Shown one piece after another: positions 30,565 through 41,668 of a DNA stretch of 64,000 nt. The stretch is from Promethearchaeota archaeon (GTDB lineage: Archaea; Asgardarchaeota; Lokiarchaeia; Sigyniarchaeales; SOKP01), in the NCBI GenBank assembly GCA_011364975.1, contig RDOE01000003.1, forward strand, positions 14,565 through 78,564, given 5' to 3'. Every line of letters starts with the position of its first letter. The first letter of the stretch is position 1. Under the pieces are notes generated by a model. That model saw only the letters and a program-made list of their open reading frames with translations, was not told the origin of the DNA and ran no database searches. Position numbers and translations under genes: made by a program.

Positions 30565-32091
30565 ATGGATACATATGATTTAGTTGTTGTTGGGTCTGGG
30601 GCGGGCTTAAATCTTCTTAATTATGGACTTGAAATGGGTCTTAATTGTGCTTTAGTAGAAGATACTAAACTTGGCGCTACTTGTTTAACACGAGGGTGTA
30701 TTCCCTCAAAAGTATTAGTGCATCCTGCAGATTTAATAAGAGAAGCAGAACATGCAAAAAAAGTAGGACTTACTTTTAAGGTAGAAGAAATTAACTGGGA
30801 TTTCATTGCTAAAAGGATGTGGAGCCAAATCGATGAGAGTAGAGAGATAGAAAAAGGGCTTTCTGAAGTCCCCAATTTGAAATTATATAAGGGTATTGGA
30901 GAATTCATAGGAGAATATGAAATGCAAGTTAAATCGGTAAAATCTGGAGAAGTGATCGGGCATTTCAAAGCTGAGAAATTTGTATTAACTTCTGGAGCAA
31001 GATCATTTATTCCACCCATCGAAGGATTAGAAGAAGCAGGTTATATAACGAACGAAAACTTTTTTGGTGAAAAGTTCCCTAATAAACCGTGGGAAAGCTT
31101 AATAATTATTGGCGGTGGTGTAATAGCCGCTGAATTTGCGCATATTTTTTCAAGTTTTGGAACTGAAGTAACTATCGTAGAAATGCTTCCACGATTAGTT
31201 ATGACAGAGGAACCTGAAATAAGTCAATTTATAGAGACTAATTTTAAGAAAAGTATGAAGGTTTTTGTAAATCATAAAGCAATACGAGTAAAATTAAAGA
31301 AAAAGATAAAAGTTATTACAATCCAAAATGTAAAAACAGGCGAGGAAATCGATCTTCACGCAGAAGAGGTATTAGTAGCCACAGGTCGTAAGTCTAATGC
31401 TGATCTTCTTAGAGTTGAAAAAACGGGAGTAGAAACAGATCAAAGGGGCTGGATAAAAACGAATGAGTATCTGGAGACTACTAAGCCGAAAATTTGGTGT
31501 TTTGGAGATGCTAATGGGCTTTATCAATTTCGCCATAAAGCAAATTACGAATCTGAAATATGTGCGAATAATATGTTTGGACCTCCTGAGGAAAAACGTA
31601 CAGTAGATTATTCGGCTGTTCCATGGGCGATATTCACTTATCCTCAAATTGGCCATGTAGGAATGACTCAAGAAGATGCGATAAATAAAGGGCATGAGAT
31701 TTTTGTCGCGTTAAAAAATTACTCAAGTGTGGCAAAAGGTTTTGCCATGGGATATACTGAAAATGATGTTGATGATGGCTTCGTCAAATTAGTGATTGAT
31801 AAATCCTATAAAATTTTAGGTGCCCACGTGGTTGGACCTCATGCGGCAGTTTTAGTCCAACCTTTTGTTTATTTAATGAATTCTGGATATACATGTGATA
31901 TGGAAGAATTTCCTGGAAGAGGAGGCCTTATGAAATTAGGAAGAGCTTGCCCTGAAGCTGGCTCGTTTATGCCCATTTATAAGTCTATGGTAATTCATCC
32001 CTCCCTCAACGAAGTAGCAGGTTGGGCTATTGGAAACATGAAACCAATAAATATTAAAATGGAACATCACCATCATCATCATGATGAATAA
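30565..32091 (+). CDS. Class I pyridine nucleotide-disulfide oxidoreductase (dihydrolipoamide dehydrogenase/mycothione reductase-like)
   Basis: VVGSGAG, GATCLTRGCIPSK, IIGGGVIAAE, ATGR, GD and HPSLNE; C-terminal His6. Confidence 0.88.
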   Translation: MDTYDLVVVGSGAGLNLLNYGLEMGLNCALVEDTKLGATCLTRGCIPSKVLVHPADLIREAEHAKKVGLTFKVEEINWDFIAKRMWSQIDESREIEKGLSEVPNLKLYKGIGEFIGEYEMQVKSVKSGEVIGHFKAEKFVLTSGARSFIPPIEGLEEAGYITNENFFGEKFPNKPWESLIIIGGGVIAAEFAHIFSSFGTEVTIVEMLPRLVMTEEPEISQFIETNFKKSMKVFVNHKAIRVKLKKKIKVITIQNVKTGEEIDLHAEEVLVATGRKSNADLLRVEKTGVETDQRGWIKTNEYLETTKPKIWCFGDANGLYQFRHKANYESEICANNMFGPPEEKRTVDYSAVPWAIFTYPQIGHVGMTQEDAINKGHEIFVALKNYSSVAKGFAMGYTENDVDDGFVKLVIDKSYKILGAHVVGPHAAVLVQPFVYLMNSGYTCDMEEFPGRGGLMKLGRACPEAGSFMPIYKSMVIHPSLNEVAGWAIGNMKPINIKMEHHHHHHDE

Positions 32092-32131
32092 TTCATTAAC
32101 TCTTTTCCTCTTTTTTACCCAATTATCCCTC

Positions 32132-33295
32132 CTAAATTTTAAAAAATTTTGAATCATGTTCTTTTAGAGAATCAGTAAGGACTAAACATAGTTTCTCTAA
32201 AACATTCGTATCAATTTTATCGATCCTATCATTAACAGTATGCATATAGGCATGTGTTTCCACTCCACCAATTCCATATCCTTGAAACCCACGATCTCCT
32301 AAAAACCCTCCATCAGAATGAGTACCAAAAATTCTTTTTGTAATATGGGTTTTAATCGTAAGATTTCTATTATTATTTAATAGTAATCTATTGACATCTA
32401 CTGCGTGATCCCCTTCGCTTCCTCCTGGGAACAAAAATATATGCTTAGCTATAGATTCAAAATTAAATATTATCGACTTACTGGCATCAAAATTTTCTAA
32501 GTTATTATAAAAATGTCTTATACCCATTGTTCCGCATTCTTCTGCTCCAGTAAAAAGAAACCACATGCTGTAATTTCGTAATCTATTTTCATGACTACTA
32601 TAATAGTTTACCAGCTCTAAATTGCACGCTATTCCAGAGGCATTATCAATAGCTCCATCAGAACTATTATCAGTATTGTTAAGAAGCATCATTATTGAGG
32701 GAATTATATTTAAAATTAAAGGAAATAGTCCGATAATATAAAATATCATTTGAAATCCAATAAATATTAAATTTTTAAGGCCTATAATAACCAATAGAAT
32801 GATTGATGTATTGATCCAAAGCTTAATTATTTTTATCCTGATTTCAACTTTAAATCTCTGCCCTTTGGAGTCTAAATGACTCATAAACATTACAATTCTA
32901 TCATTATGCTTCATTTGAGACGATTCAGGATCAATCTTTACTAAAAGGTTTTGCGAATTGAATTTTGAAATAAAATGAATTTTTTCGGGCTTTCTTGTTA
33001 TTATAATGGAAATTATCAATATTCCAAGTAATATGAGGGTAATTATCATAGAGAACATCATAGTCATATTCAAGTATAGTAATAATAGAATAAAAGAAAT
33101 GGATAAAAATGCTATTTTGGGATACCATCTTGAATAAAACGAACTAAAAGTAAAATTTTGGACTTCAAAATTTAAATTTAAATTTTCTATCTGTTGCTTT
33201 AATTTACTAAAGGCTTCAAATTCAAATTTCGTTCCAGATAAACGAGGAAAAGCAAAATCCTTAAGGTTTTTTTTAATCCGTGCTTCTTCAATCAT
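32132..33295 (-). CDS. M28 family peptidase with inserted TM helices
   Basis: SHLDS, GAIDNASG, GAEE, HSD and HT..D; likely ATG 33295. Confidence 0.85.
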   Translation of the reverse strand: MIEEARIKKNLKDFAFPRLSGTKFEFEAFSKLKQQIENLNLNFEVQNFTFSSFYSRWYPKIAFLSISFILLLLYLNMTMMFSMIITLILLGILIISIIITRKPEKIHFISKFNSQNLLVKIDPESSQMKHNDRIVMFMSHLDSKGQRFKVEIRIKIIKLWINTSIILLVIIGLKNLIFIGFQMIFYIIGLFPLILNIIPSIMMLLNNTDNSSDGAIDNASGIACNLELVNYYSSHENRLRNYSMWFLFTGAEECGTMGIRHFYNNLENFDASKSIIFNFESIAKHIFLFPGGSEGDHAVDVNRLLLNNNRNLTIKTHITKRIFGTHSDGGFLGDRGFQGYGIGGVETHAYMHTVNDRIDKIDTNVLEKLCLVLTDSLKEHDSKFFKI

Positions 33296-33535
33296 TATAT
33301 ACTTAATAAAAAAAAGAAACAAAAATAGTTTATTTTATTTAATTTATCTACTTCCAATGATTTTTAGCAATAGTTTTCTATCCTTAAAATATGAAAATTC
33401 TAGGAAGAAACAGGTAGTTAATTCTATTACGCATCAAAATAGATTATATTAATTTGATTCCCTATTATAAATTTCAGAAAAAGAAACATTGAATGTAAAA
33501 TTCAAATATTTAGTTTCTTTCAACAATACTAGTAA

Positions 33536-35473
33536 ATGATGCATTTAAAAAATAATCAGTTAGGTCAAATTTTTACTCCCGATTACGTAGCAGAATTTAT
33601 GGTTAAGAATCTTAAAAAATATTATTCTGTTATTCATAATATAGAAAATTTTGATAATGTAAAAGTTCTTGAACCATGTGCCGGGAAGGGAATATTTTTG
33701 AAATATCTCTTAAGGGAGGGATTTACTAATATCACTGCTTATGAATTAGATAAGAGTATTAAACCTTTTCTATTAAAAAAGTTCCCAAATATGAAATTTA
33801 AATTTGAGAATTTCTTAGGGGCTGACCCTGGTGATAAATTTGATATAATCATTGGAAATCCCCCCTATTTAGGTCAAAACTATAATGCAGAATTTTTTCA
33901 AGACTTAGTAAAAGAACATCCAATTTGTCAGAAATTTTTTATTGGAAATATGGATCTATTTTACTTCTTTATTCATTTGGGTATTATTAAATTAAATCCC
34001 GGGGCACTTCTTAGTTATATCACTACAAATTATTGGATTACTAAATCTGAGAGAACGGGAATTAAAAAATTAAAACCCCATATCAAAAATGAGTGTTTTT
34101 TACTAGAATATATTGATTTATCAAAATTACAAATTTTTGAAAAAGCAACAGGCCAGCATAATTGTATATTTACATTACAAAAGAAAAGTAAAGCCGAAGT
34201 ACAAAATAAAACGGATAAATCAATTAATATTATCCAAATTGGAAAGTCTTACAATACTAATCGAAATAAAAATAACTCATTTGAATTTATTTTTAATCAG
34301 ATTCCGTTAGAAAGTCGGGTTCCTAATATTATAAAATATAAGTCAGCTTTATCGAATAATGATTTAAGTTTAACTAATAGTTGGAATGTTATATTTCCAA
34401 TAGAAACTGCCGAATTAATTAAAAAAATTGAGAATCAATGTAAAGTTGACAATGACATAACCTACTTAAAGGATTACTTTATCATTAGAAATGGATTAAT
34501 ACTGATTCAGGATGAAATTTTCATACTTAAAGAAGATGTGAACATAAAAGTAAAAGGAAATGATATATATATCAAAGTTCAAGACGGATTCATTAAAATA
34601 AATGAAAAAGAAAAAGCTAGATTAAAAAAAATATATAAAAGCAATGCGATAATTCCCTATAATTACAAAAAAGATAAACTCTCAGGATTTTTAATATATT
34701 TTAATAAAGAAGAATTCAACAATCAAGACTTAACTGTTCGGAACAAAAAAATAACACTGAAATATCCTAACCTAATAAAATACTTGAATCAGTTTAAGGA
34801 TCAGTTGGAACAAATTTTAATTAATGCTAAAGAAAATGTTTTTGACATTTATTTTCCTCGAAGAGGAAGCTTTATCATTCAATATAATCAATCTAATAAG
34901 AGACAACTAACCAATCTTGAAAGATATTATGATAAATTTCCTAAAATTATATTTAAATACATCTCCAATTCGAATACGTTCGGTTATACAACAGAATCCT
35001 ATTATGCTACATCGGATACCTACTTTATCTGGCCTAGGAATATGGAGCAAAAGCTTGATTATCTATTTCTTATCGCTTATCTTAATTCAAAACTAGTTAA
35101 ATTCCTATTTATAGCAAAAAATATGTTTATTAAAAGGAGTAAAACAAAGTTAGAGGATAATTTACCATTACCAAATCTCAACCAATATCATGGAATCACA
35201 GATAAAAATACAATTAATTTGATCAGATCACTTACAAGGTTAATTTTAAAAATGCAAAATGGTGAAGATATTAATAATTTTACGGAACGAGTAGTAGAAC
35301 TAGAACAGTTAGGTGAAGTTTTAAAAAAAGATATATTAAGTCAATTTAAAGAAAATAAAAAAAATTTGGATGTAGATTTTATTCAAAAAATTATTGATTC
35401 TCTCTTTTTTAAATTATTTAATGTAGAAGAGAAGCAAATTGATGATCTAATAAAGAAATACTACAAATTTTAA
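33536..35473 (+). CDS. N6-adenine DNA methyltransferase (gamma class, TaqI/Eco57I-like), no adjacent endonuclease
   Basis: GQIFTP, motif I LEPCAGKGIF, motif IV IIGNPPY, DLFYFF; C-terminal TRD-like region ending LNSKL...LP.P. Confidence 0.9.
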   Translation: MMHLKNNQLGQIFTPDYVAEFMVKNLKKYYSVIHNIENFDNVKVLEPCAGKGIFLKYLLREGFTNITAYELDKSIKPFLLKKFPNMKFKFENFLGADPGDKFDIIIGNPPYLGQNYNAEFFQDLVKEHPICQKFFIGNMDLFYFFIHLGIIKLNPGALLSYITTNYWITKSERTGIKKLKPHIKNECFLLEYIDLSKLQIFEKATGQHNCIFTLQKKSKAEVQNKTDKSINIIQIGKSYNTNRNKNNSFEFIFNQIPLESRVPNIIKYKSALSNNDLSLTNSWNVIFPIETAELIKKIENQCKVDNDITYLKDYFIIRNGLILIQDEIFILKEDVNIKVKGNDIYIKVQDGFIKINEKEKARLKKIYKSNAIIPYNYKKDKLSGFLIYFNKEEFNNQDLTVRNKKITLKYPNLIKYLNQFKDQLEQILINAKENVFDIYFPRRGSFIIQYNQSNKRQLTNLERYYDKFPKIIFKYISNSNTFGYTTESYYATSDTYFIWPRNMEQKLDYLFLIAYLNSKLVKFLFIAKNMFIKRSKTKLEDNLPLPNLNQYHGITDKNTINLIRSLTRLILKMQNGEDINNFTERVVELEQLGEVLKKDILSQFKENKKNLDVDFIQKIIDSLFFKLFNVEEKQIDDLIKKYYKF

Positions 35474-35542
35474 TTTTTAAGTAAATTTAACCTAATTTTT
35501 AACTTGATCGCCATAAAAACTTTGTTTCAGAAGTGAATATTT

Positions 35543-36601
35543 TTAACCAAACGAAATACCACCTGATTTTGTTAACAAGCTAACATCATTCCATATATAA
35601 CTGGTGTCTATCATGGTAGGGGAATTACAACTATAGCATTTTTCGCTTTCTTCAATAAAATTCTTAAAAATGGGAAGTTGTAAGACTTTATTTACAGAAA
35701 TTTCTCTTAAGTTAGCAATTGGTTTATCTAATTTAAGACAATTTTCAATATCTCCATTGGAATTAACAAACATAAAAATTTTTTTTGTATGACAATCATA
35801 GGGCTTTTTCCCTCCAATAAAGTGGTTTAAGTATGGTTCAGAATTTACTATTTTTGAACCACTTCTTTTTGCTTTCAAAATTTTTTCAAATGCTGTATTT
35901 ATTTCGTCATCAGTAGCAGAAAGGCTTCCTTTTTCATCTATACTACCTGTTGAGAAATGGCGAATAGTATTAATTATATTAAATGCAACGGGAATGTCCA
36001 TCTTATTTGATAATTGAATCATCTCTTCAACACGATTAATATTGTATTTGCTTATTGAGAAGCTAAATTGTAATGAGATATAAGGATAACAGTTTTTAAT
36101 AATATTAATAGATTCCATTATTTTATTATATAATCCCTTCAGTCCTCTGATATTGTCATGCTCTTCCAACCTGGGTGAATCCAGAGAGATAAGAACAAAA
36201 TCTAAATCGTTTCCAATCTCTTTGATCTTTTGTGGAAGAAACCACCCATTAGTAACTATTCCAACGATAGTAAATTCACATGTATTTTTAACAAACTTGA
36301 TAATTTCCACAATATCCTTCCTAATAAGGGGTTCTCCACCCCATAATATTGTAACTATAAATCCAGCTTCTTTTGCTTCTCTATATATTCGTTTTATTTC
36401 CTCTAATGATAACTCATCTTTCTTTTGATTATCCTTCCAAAGGCAGGTTTCACAGCTACAATTACATTTCAGCGTAGTAAGGAAATGAAAAATGAATGGT
36501 TTGTATTTGCTTTCTTTTGCTTCTTTTGCGGCTATCGCTAATTTAGCAAGTTGTACTTTTCTTTTCCTTTTAATTTGTTTCATGATTGACTCTTCTTCCA
36601 T
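35543..36601 (-). CDS. Radical SAM protein with C-terminal SPASM/twitch-like region
   Basis: CNCSCETC, WGGEPL, TNG, SLD and C-terminal C...G....C..C..C. Confidence 0.9.
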   Translation of the reverse strand: MEEESIMKQIKRKRKVQLAKLAIAAKEAKESKYKPFIFHFLTTLKCNCSCETCLWKDNQKKDELSLEEIKRIYREAKEAGFIVTILWGGEPLIRKDIVEIIKFVKNTCEFTIVGIVTNGWFLPQKIKEIGNDLDFVLISLDSPRLEEHDNIRGLKGLYNKIMESINIIKNCYPYISLQFSFSISKYNINRVEEMIQLSNKMDIPVAFNIINTIRHFSTGSIDEKGSLSATDDEINTAFEKILKAKRSGSKIVNSEPYLNHFIGGKKPYDCHTKKIFMFVNSNGDIENCLKLDKPIANLREISVNKVLQLPIFKNFIEESEKCYSCNSPTMIDTSYIWNDVSLLTKSGGISFG

Positions 36602-36668
36602 AACTATATGTGTTTTAGTAAATTATTTATCATTAACGGAACTAATATTGAAATCTCCATGAAATTTA

Positions 36669-37730
36669 ATGAATGAATTTCCTCAATTTGATGATGTAGG
36701 TAGCTTTCCCTTACCGCAAAATATAGATAAAGAAACTTTCAATAAATTTTATTGGATTGCTTACAAAGCTTTTGTTAATAATGTCGATATTTATGAAAAT
36801 CGGGGTATTTTAACCTATTATATAAATCCACTTATCGAGGCTTTTAGATTTAAATTGAATGCAGGAGTTCAAATTATAAATTATCCGCAATTAATGGATA
36901 TGCATAACCAATTCTTAAAACCTATTGCTGATTTTGAGTTAGAGCCTGGACTAATTCAAGATGACAAAGCAGTAATATCTGAGGCTACCCTTATTTATCA
37001 ATTTGCCAAAAAGTATTATGAAAACAATTCAAAACCAATAAAATTAAAATTATGTGTCACTGGTCCAGTAGAACTTTATGTTAAAAAGCATAAATTCACA
37101 GTTTATTATGATTTGGCCCTAAATTATGCAAAATCAGTAAATAAATTTTTAAAAAATTCAATAATCAATAATAAATTTATACAAACTTCGATCATTTCAA
37201 TAGATGAGCCCTCATTTGGCTATGTCGATTTATTAAATATCAGCGATGACGAAATTGTTAGATTATTTGACAAATCTCTTGAAGGAACAAAATCTCATGG
37301 GAGTAATGTTCAAATTCATATTCATACTTTAAATAGAGCTGATGTTCCGCTTAAATCTAAATATATTGATATCTTGACATGTGAATATGCCTCAAATAAA
37401 TCAAACAAAATCCCCTATAAAACCTTAGAACAATACGACAAATTTATTCGGGTTGGAATCTGTAGAACCAATATTGATAATATCATTGCTGAAAATCTAG
37501 ATAAAGGAAAAAAATTGGAATATTTGCAAACACCACAAGGAATGTCTAGTCTAATTGACTCAAAAGACATGATTAAAAAAAATCTAATGGAAAGTATAAC
37601 TTTATATGGTTCCCGTTTAAAATATATTGGTCCAGATTGTGGATTAGGCGGTTGGCCTTCTCAAAAGGCGGCTTTTGAACTTCTTTCGCGAACTGAATCG
37701 GTTATTCGCGAAGTAAAATATGAACTATAA
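36669..37730 (+). CDS. Core (MetE C-terminal-like) methionine synthase family protein
   Basis: DDVGSFP, TGPVEL, SIDEPS, HIH, CEY and GPDCGL; single barrel with no folate-binding N-terminal half. Confidence 0.75.
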   Translation: MNEFPQFDDVGSFPLPQNIDKETFNKFYWIAYKAFVNNVDIYENRGILTYYINPLIEAFRFKLNAGVQIINYPQLMDMHNQFLKPIADFELEPGLIQDDKAVISEATLIYQFAKKYYENNSKPIKLKLCVTGPVELYVKKHKFTVYYDLALNYAKSVNKFLKNSIINNKFIQTSIISIDEPSFGYVDLLNISDDEIVRLFDKSLEGTKSHGSNVQIHIHTLNRADVPLKSKYIDILTCEYASNKSNKIPYKTLEQYDKFIRVGICRTNIDNIIAENLDKGKKLEYLQTPQGMSSLIDSKDMIKKNLMESITLYGSRLKYIGPDCGLGGWPSQKAAFELLSRTESVIREVKYEL

Positions 37731-37796
37731 TATAATTTAGTTTCTCAAAAAAATAGAGCTTAAAATAGTTTATCGAAGAATAAGAATCAAAAGATA

Positions 37797-38405
37797 TTGT
37801 CATTATTTAGCATGATAATTGATCATTTGACTCAATCAATCCAATTAAAGATTTGTTATTTTGGACCAGCTCTATCTGGAAAAACTACTTCGATTAAAGC
37901 GCTTTTTAATCATTTTGGAATAGAAGAAAGAGTATTATGTATTGAAAGTAGTGTAAATCGTACCCTTTTCTTTGATTATGGAACAATAACTTTTGAAAAT
38001 CAAAAATGGCTGCTCAAACTTCATCTTTATTCAACAACCGGACAAGACTTTTATATAATTACAAGACCAACCACTCTAAAAGCATTAGATGGCATGATTT
38101 TTGTCATCGATTCCCAAGAAGATGCGTATTATCGAAATTTGACTTCATGGTATGAGTTATATAATTACTTTGAGGATGAGCTCATTAATTTACCAAAAGT
38201 TTTTGCTTTTAACAAGCAAGATTTATTTGATTTATTTGAACCTTCCCTTTTCTTAGAAAATATCAATTATTTTAAACTTAATAATCTATTAATTAACAAC
38301 ACAATTGCAATTGAGGGGGAGGGCATTCTAAACTGCTTTGAAGATTTACTATCCCTGATCTTTAACAATTTAAATAAAACACCATTAGCTACGCTACCTA
38401 CTTAA
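37797..38405 (+). CDS. MglA-like small GTPase
   Basis: KICYFGPALSGKTT, RTLFFDY, STTGQ, FVIDS and NKQD. Confidence 0.85.
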   Translation: MSLFSMIIDHLTQSIQLKICYFGPALSGKTTSIKALFNHFGIEERVLCIESSVNRTLFFDYGTITFENQKWLLKLHLYSTTGQDFYIITRPTTLKALDGMIFVIDSQEDAYYRNLTSWYELYNYFEDELINLPKVFAFNKQDLFDLFEPSLFLENINYFKLNNLLINNTIAIEGEGILNCFEDLLSLIFNNLNKTPLATLPT

Positions 38406-38547
38406 ATCATAATGGATTTATATTTAATATTTTATTTTCTATTTCCTTCTTATTTTATTGGATATCTTTAGTATTATTAAAAGTAATAAATTCATATCTA
38501 GACAGTTATTCTTCATAAAAAACAAGTTTTTATAGGTGAATTCGTAT

Positions 38548-38569
38548 TCATTTAATGTAAATTAAATGA
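38548..38569. promoter_or_regulatory. Candidate operator upstream of the hsp20-cdc48 operon
   Basis: Perfect inverted repeat TCATTTAAT-GTAA-ATTAAATGA, 13 nt downstream of TATA-like TTTTTATA (38527-38534). Confidence 0.5.
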
Positions 38570-38620
38570 TGTTAATTTGTTCTTTACAAATAATTAAAAA
38601 AAAAAAGGATTGAACATAAA

Positions 38621-39238
38621 ATGTCTGATGAGTTTGATGATGATTATAATGATTTTTTTGAACGTATACGGGATTATTTGAAAATTGATCCTGAAAAGTT
38701 TGATTTTGACATTATATTCATGCCCGAATTAGATTTAAATCAAAATTTTAATCCAGATAACCAAGAATTTAATGGGTTTAAAGTGAACTATCATTTTGAA
38801 AAAGGAATGGACAAGCCCGAGATAAAAATTGAAGGAGATTTTGATAATGAAAAACTTAAGGATTATTTTAAAAATTTAAATGTTCAAAACTATCCTCGAT
38901 TAAAGCCCTTTATAAGAAAGCAAAATAAGAATATAATTGAGAGTCGTTCCTTAACATTACAGCCAAGAGAAGAGGAGTTTGTAATCAAAAAAAAGGATCT
39001 TTACTATGAATTAAATTTAACAACGAATGGTGCTGAAATAGTAGTCGAAGCTCCGGGTGTAGAAAAAGGGCATGTCATTTTATCATTAACTGACAACGGA
39101 AAGAAATTGAAAATTATTATTCGAAATAGATTTGATGAATTTGAGAAGATAATACCATTACCATTTGAATCTATTTTGGAGAATCACAGTTTAGAAATAA
39201 ATAATGGTATCATTTCAATTGAGATTTATAAAAAATGA
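38621..39238 (+). CDS. hsp20: Small heat shock protein (Hsp20/alpha-crystallin domain)
   Basis: IVVEAPGVEK..V.L and I.LP......INNGII.I; GF...Y......KP.I archaeal N-terminus; directly upstream of cdc48. Confidence 0.8.
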   Translation: MSDEFDDDYNDFFERIRDYLKIDPEKFDFDIIFMPELDLNQNFNPDNQEFNGFKVNYHFEKGMDKPEIKIEGDFDNEKLKDYFKNLNVQNYPRLKPFIRKQNKNIIESRSLTLQPREEEFVIKKKDLYYELNLTTNGAEIVVEAPGVEKGHVILSLTDNGKKLKIIIRNRFDEFEKIIPLPFESILENHSLEINNGIISIEIYKK

Positions 39239-39312
39239 AATTAAAATCATAAAAATAAAGAAAAAAAATTATAATTATAGATATTAAATAAGATTATAAC
39301 TGATGGGGAATC

Positions 39313-41628
39313 ATGAGTGGAATATCAACACGATATAAAGATAAGAATAATAGATTAAGAGTAAGAGATGCATTTAAAGAAGATTCTGGTGCTGGTCGAG
39401 TAAGAATCGATGCTGAAATAGCGAAATCCTTAAAGTTACAAAATGGTGATGCTATCGAGATCGTCAATCCTACGACCAAATCAAGAACGGTGGGATTATT
39501 ATTTCCGAGTAAACAAGAAGATGAATCCACCGGAATAATAAGACTAGACCAATATTTAAGAAGAAATATTAATATAGCGATAGATGATATTGTAGAGATA
39601 CGTAAAATTAAGGCAGTTGCTGCTGAAGAAGTAAAACTTGCTGGATTAAAAGAGGCTGTTATTATAAGTCCTAAATATTTGGCGAATGTTTTAGAAAATA
39701 GAGTTATAACTAATGGTGACATTTTAACTTTTTATAATTATAACAAGAGATATGATTTTGTTGTTGTAGACTTCTTTCCAAAAGCAGAAGCAGTTCAGAT
39801 TCAATTAGATTCAAAAATTACATTTAGTAAAGAAACTCATAAAGAATTAATTGAAAGAGAAAAAATTAGAGTTAGTTATGAAGATATTGGTGGATTAGGA
39901 GATGAAATTCAAAAGATTCGGGAAATGATTGAATTACCGATTAGACATCCGGAACTATTCAAAAGAATAGGGATTGACCCTCCAAAAGGAGTATTACTTC
40001 ATGGACCCCCCGGTACTGGTAAAACGCTATTAGCACGGGCAGTTGCTTTTGAGACTGAAGCTCACTTTATAACAATCAGTGGTCCCGAAATAATGAGCAA
40101 ATTCTATGGTCAAAGTGAAGAAAATCTGAGGAAAGTTTTTGAGGAAGCAAAAAAAGAGGCACCCTCGATTATTTTTATTGACGAATTAGATTCTATTGCT
40201 CCAAAAAGAGGAGAAGTCACTGGAGAAGTTGAAAGAAGAGTAGTTGCACAGTTATTATCTTTATTGGACGGATTAGAAGGGCGAGGAGAGGTTATTGTTA
40301 TTGGTGCGACTAATCGAGTAAATGATATTGATCCTGCTTTAAGACGGCCAGGAAGATTTGACCGAGAGATTGAGATTGGTGTACCTGACACTAGTGGTCG
40401 CCATGAAATTTTACAGATTCATACACGCGGTATGCCTTTAGATGAAAAAGTTAATTTAAAAGAAATATCCGAAAAAACTCACGGTTTTGTGGGTGCTGAC
40501 ATTGAAGCGTTAGCAAAAGAGGCTGCCATGTTAGCAATTAGAGAGATACTTCCAACAATTAATTTAGATAAACCTATACCTTTTGAAGTTTTAGACTCAA
40601 TAAAGATTAAAATGGATAACTTTACTACAGCTTTAAGTAGTATCGAACCTTCTGCCTTAAGGGAAGTAGTAATATCGCAGCCCAAGGAAACCTGGGATGA
40701 TGTTGGAGGATTAGAGGACGCTAGATTGCAATTACAAGAAGTAATTGAATGGCCTCTGAAATATCCTGAGTTGTATAAACATCTTAGCGCTAAACCCCCT
40801 AATGGTATCCTATTATATGGCCCACCAGGTTCAGGTAAAACACTAATCGCAAAAGCATTAGCTCATGAGAGTGAAATCAATTTTATTTCAGTAAAAGGTC
40901 CTGAATTCTTATCAAAGTGGGTTGGAGAGAGTGAGAAGGCAGTGAGGGAGACCTTTAGAAAAGCACGTTCTGCAGCACCTTGTATCATATTTTTTGATGA
41001 AATTGATGCCATAGCAGGCATACGAGGAAGATTCGCTGGTTCAGAAGTGACAGAACAAGTGGTATCTCAGCTATTAACTGAAATGGATGGTTTAGAAGAC
41101 CTAAAAGATGTAATCTTAGTAGCAGCAACAAATAGACCGGATATGTTGGATCCTGCTCTATTACGATCGGGAAGGTTTGGAAGGCACATTGAAATCCCTA
41201 TTCCTGATTATGAAGCGAGAAAACAGATATTTAAAATTCATCTTAAAAATAAACCTATTTCTAAAGAGATATCAATAGAACAACTTACTGAGCAATTAGA
41301 GGGTTATACTGGAGCAGATATTCAAGCAATATGTGAGGAAGCTACTCTTTTCACAATAAGAGAGGCAATTTCCTTAGTAAATGAAAGAAGACGTGAATTA
41401 TTTGATTACAATCAAAAATTAGAGCTATTAAAAATTGAGAAACCTAACAATCCAGAAATTACCCAACTAACCGATAAAATAAAGGAGCTACAATCTAAAA
41501 TGTTAAGTAAAATATCTATCTCAAAAGAAGCTTTAGATAAAGCTATTGATAAGGTTCTCAAAGGAGCTGAGAGAGCTAAGAAGGCTCAGGAAAATTATTC
41601 AAAAGCAGCTGAAGATTTGTATCGATAA
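39313..41628 (+). CDS. cdc48: Cdc48/VAT AAA+ ATPase
   Basis: N domain, two AAA modules ([40 protein letters not shown]) and C-terminal LYR. Confidence 0.97.
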   Translation: MSGISTRYKDKNNRLRVRDAFKEDSGAGRVRIDAEIAKSLKLQNGDAIEIVNPTTKSRTVGLLFPSKQEDESTGIIRLDQYLRRNINIAIDDIVEIRKIKAVAAEEVKLAGLKEAVIISPKYLANVLENRVITNGDILTFYNYNKRYDFVVVDFFPKAEAVQIQLDSKITFSKETHKELIEREKIRVSYEDIGGLGDEIQKIREMIELPIRHPELFKRIGIDPPKGVLLHGPPGTGKTLLARAVAFETEAHFITISGPEIMSKFYGQSEENLRKVFEEAKKEAPSIIFIDELDSIAPKRGEVTGEVERRVVAQLLSLLDGLEGRGEVIVIGATNRVNDIDPALRRPGRFDREIEIGVPDTSGRHEILQIHTRGMPLDEKVNLKEISEKTHGFVGADIEALAKEAAMLAIREILPTINLDKPIPFEVLDSIKIKMDNFTTALSSIEPSALREVVISQPKETWDDVGGLEDARLQLQEVIEWPLKYPELYKHLSAKPPNGILLYGPPGSGKTLIAKALAHESEINFISVKGPEFLSKWVGESEKAVRETFRKARSAAPCIIFFDEIDAIAGIRGRFAGSEVTEQVVSQLLTEMDGLEDLKDVILVAATNRPDMLDPALLRSGRFGRHIEIPIPDYEARKQIFKIHLKNKPISKEISIEQLTEQLEGYTGADIQAICEEATLFTIREAISLVNERRRELFDYNQKLELLKIEKPNNPEITQLTDKIKELQSKMLSKISISKEALDKAIDKVLKGAERAKKAQENYSKAAEDLYR

Positions 41629-41668
41629 CATCAATAATATGAAAAAGGTATCATAGGAGGAAAAAATT

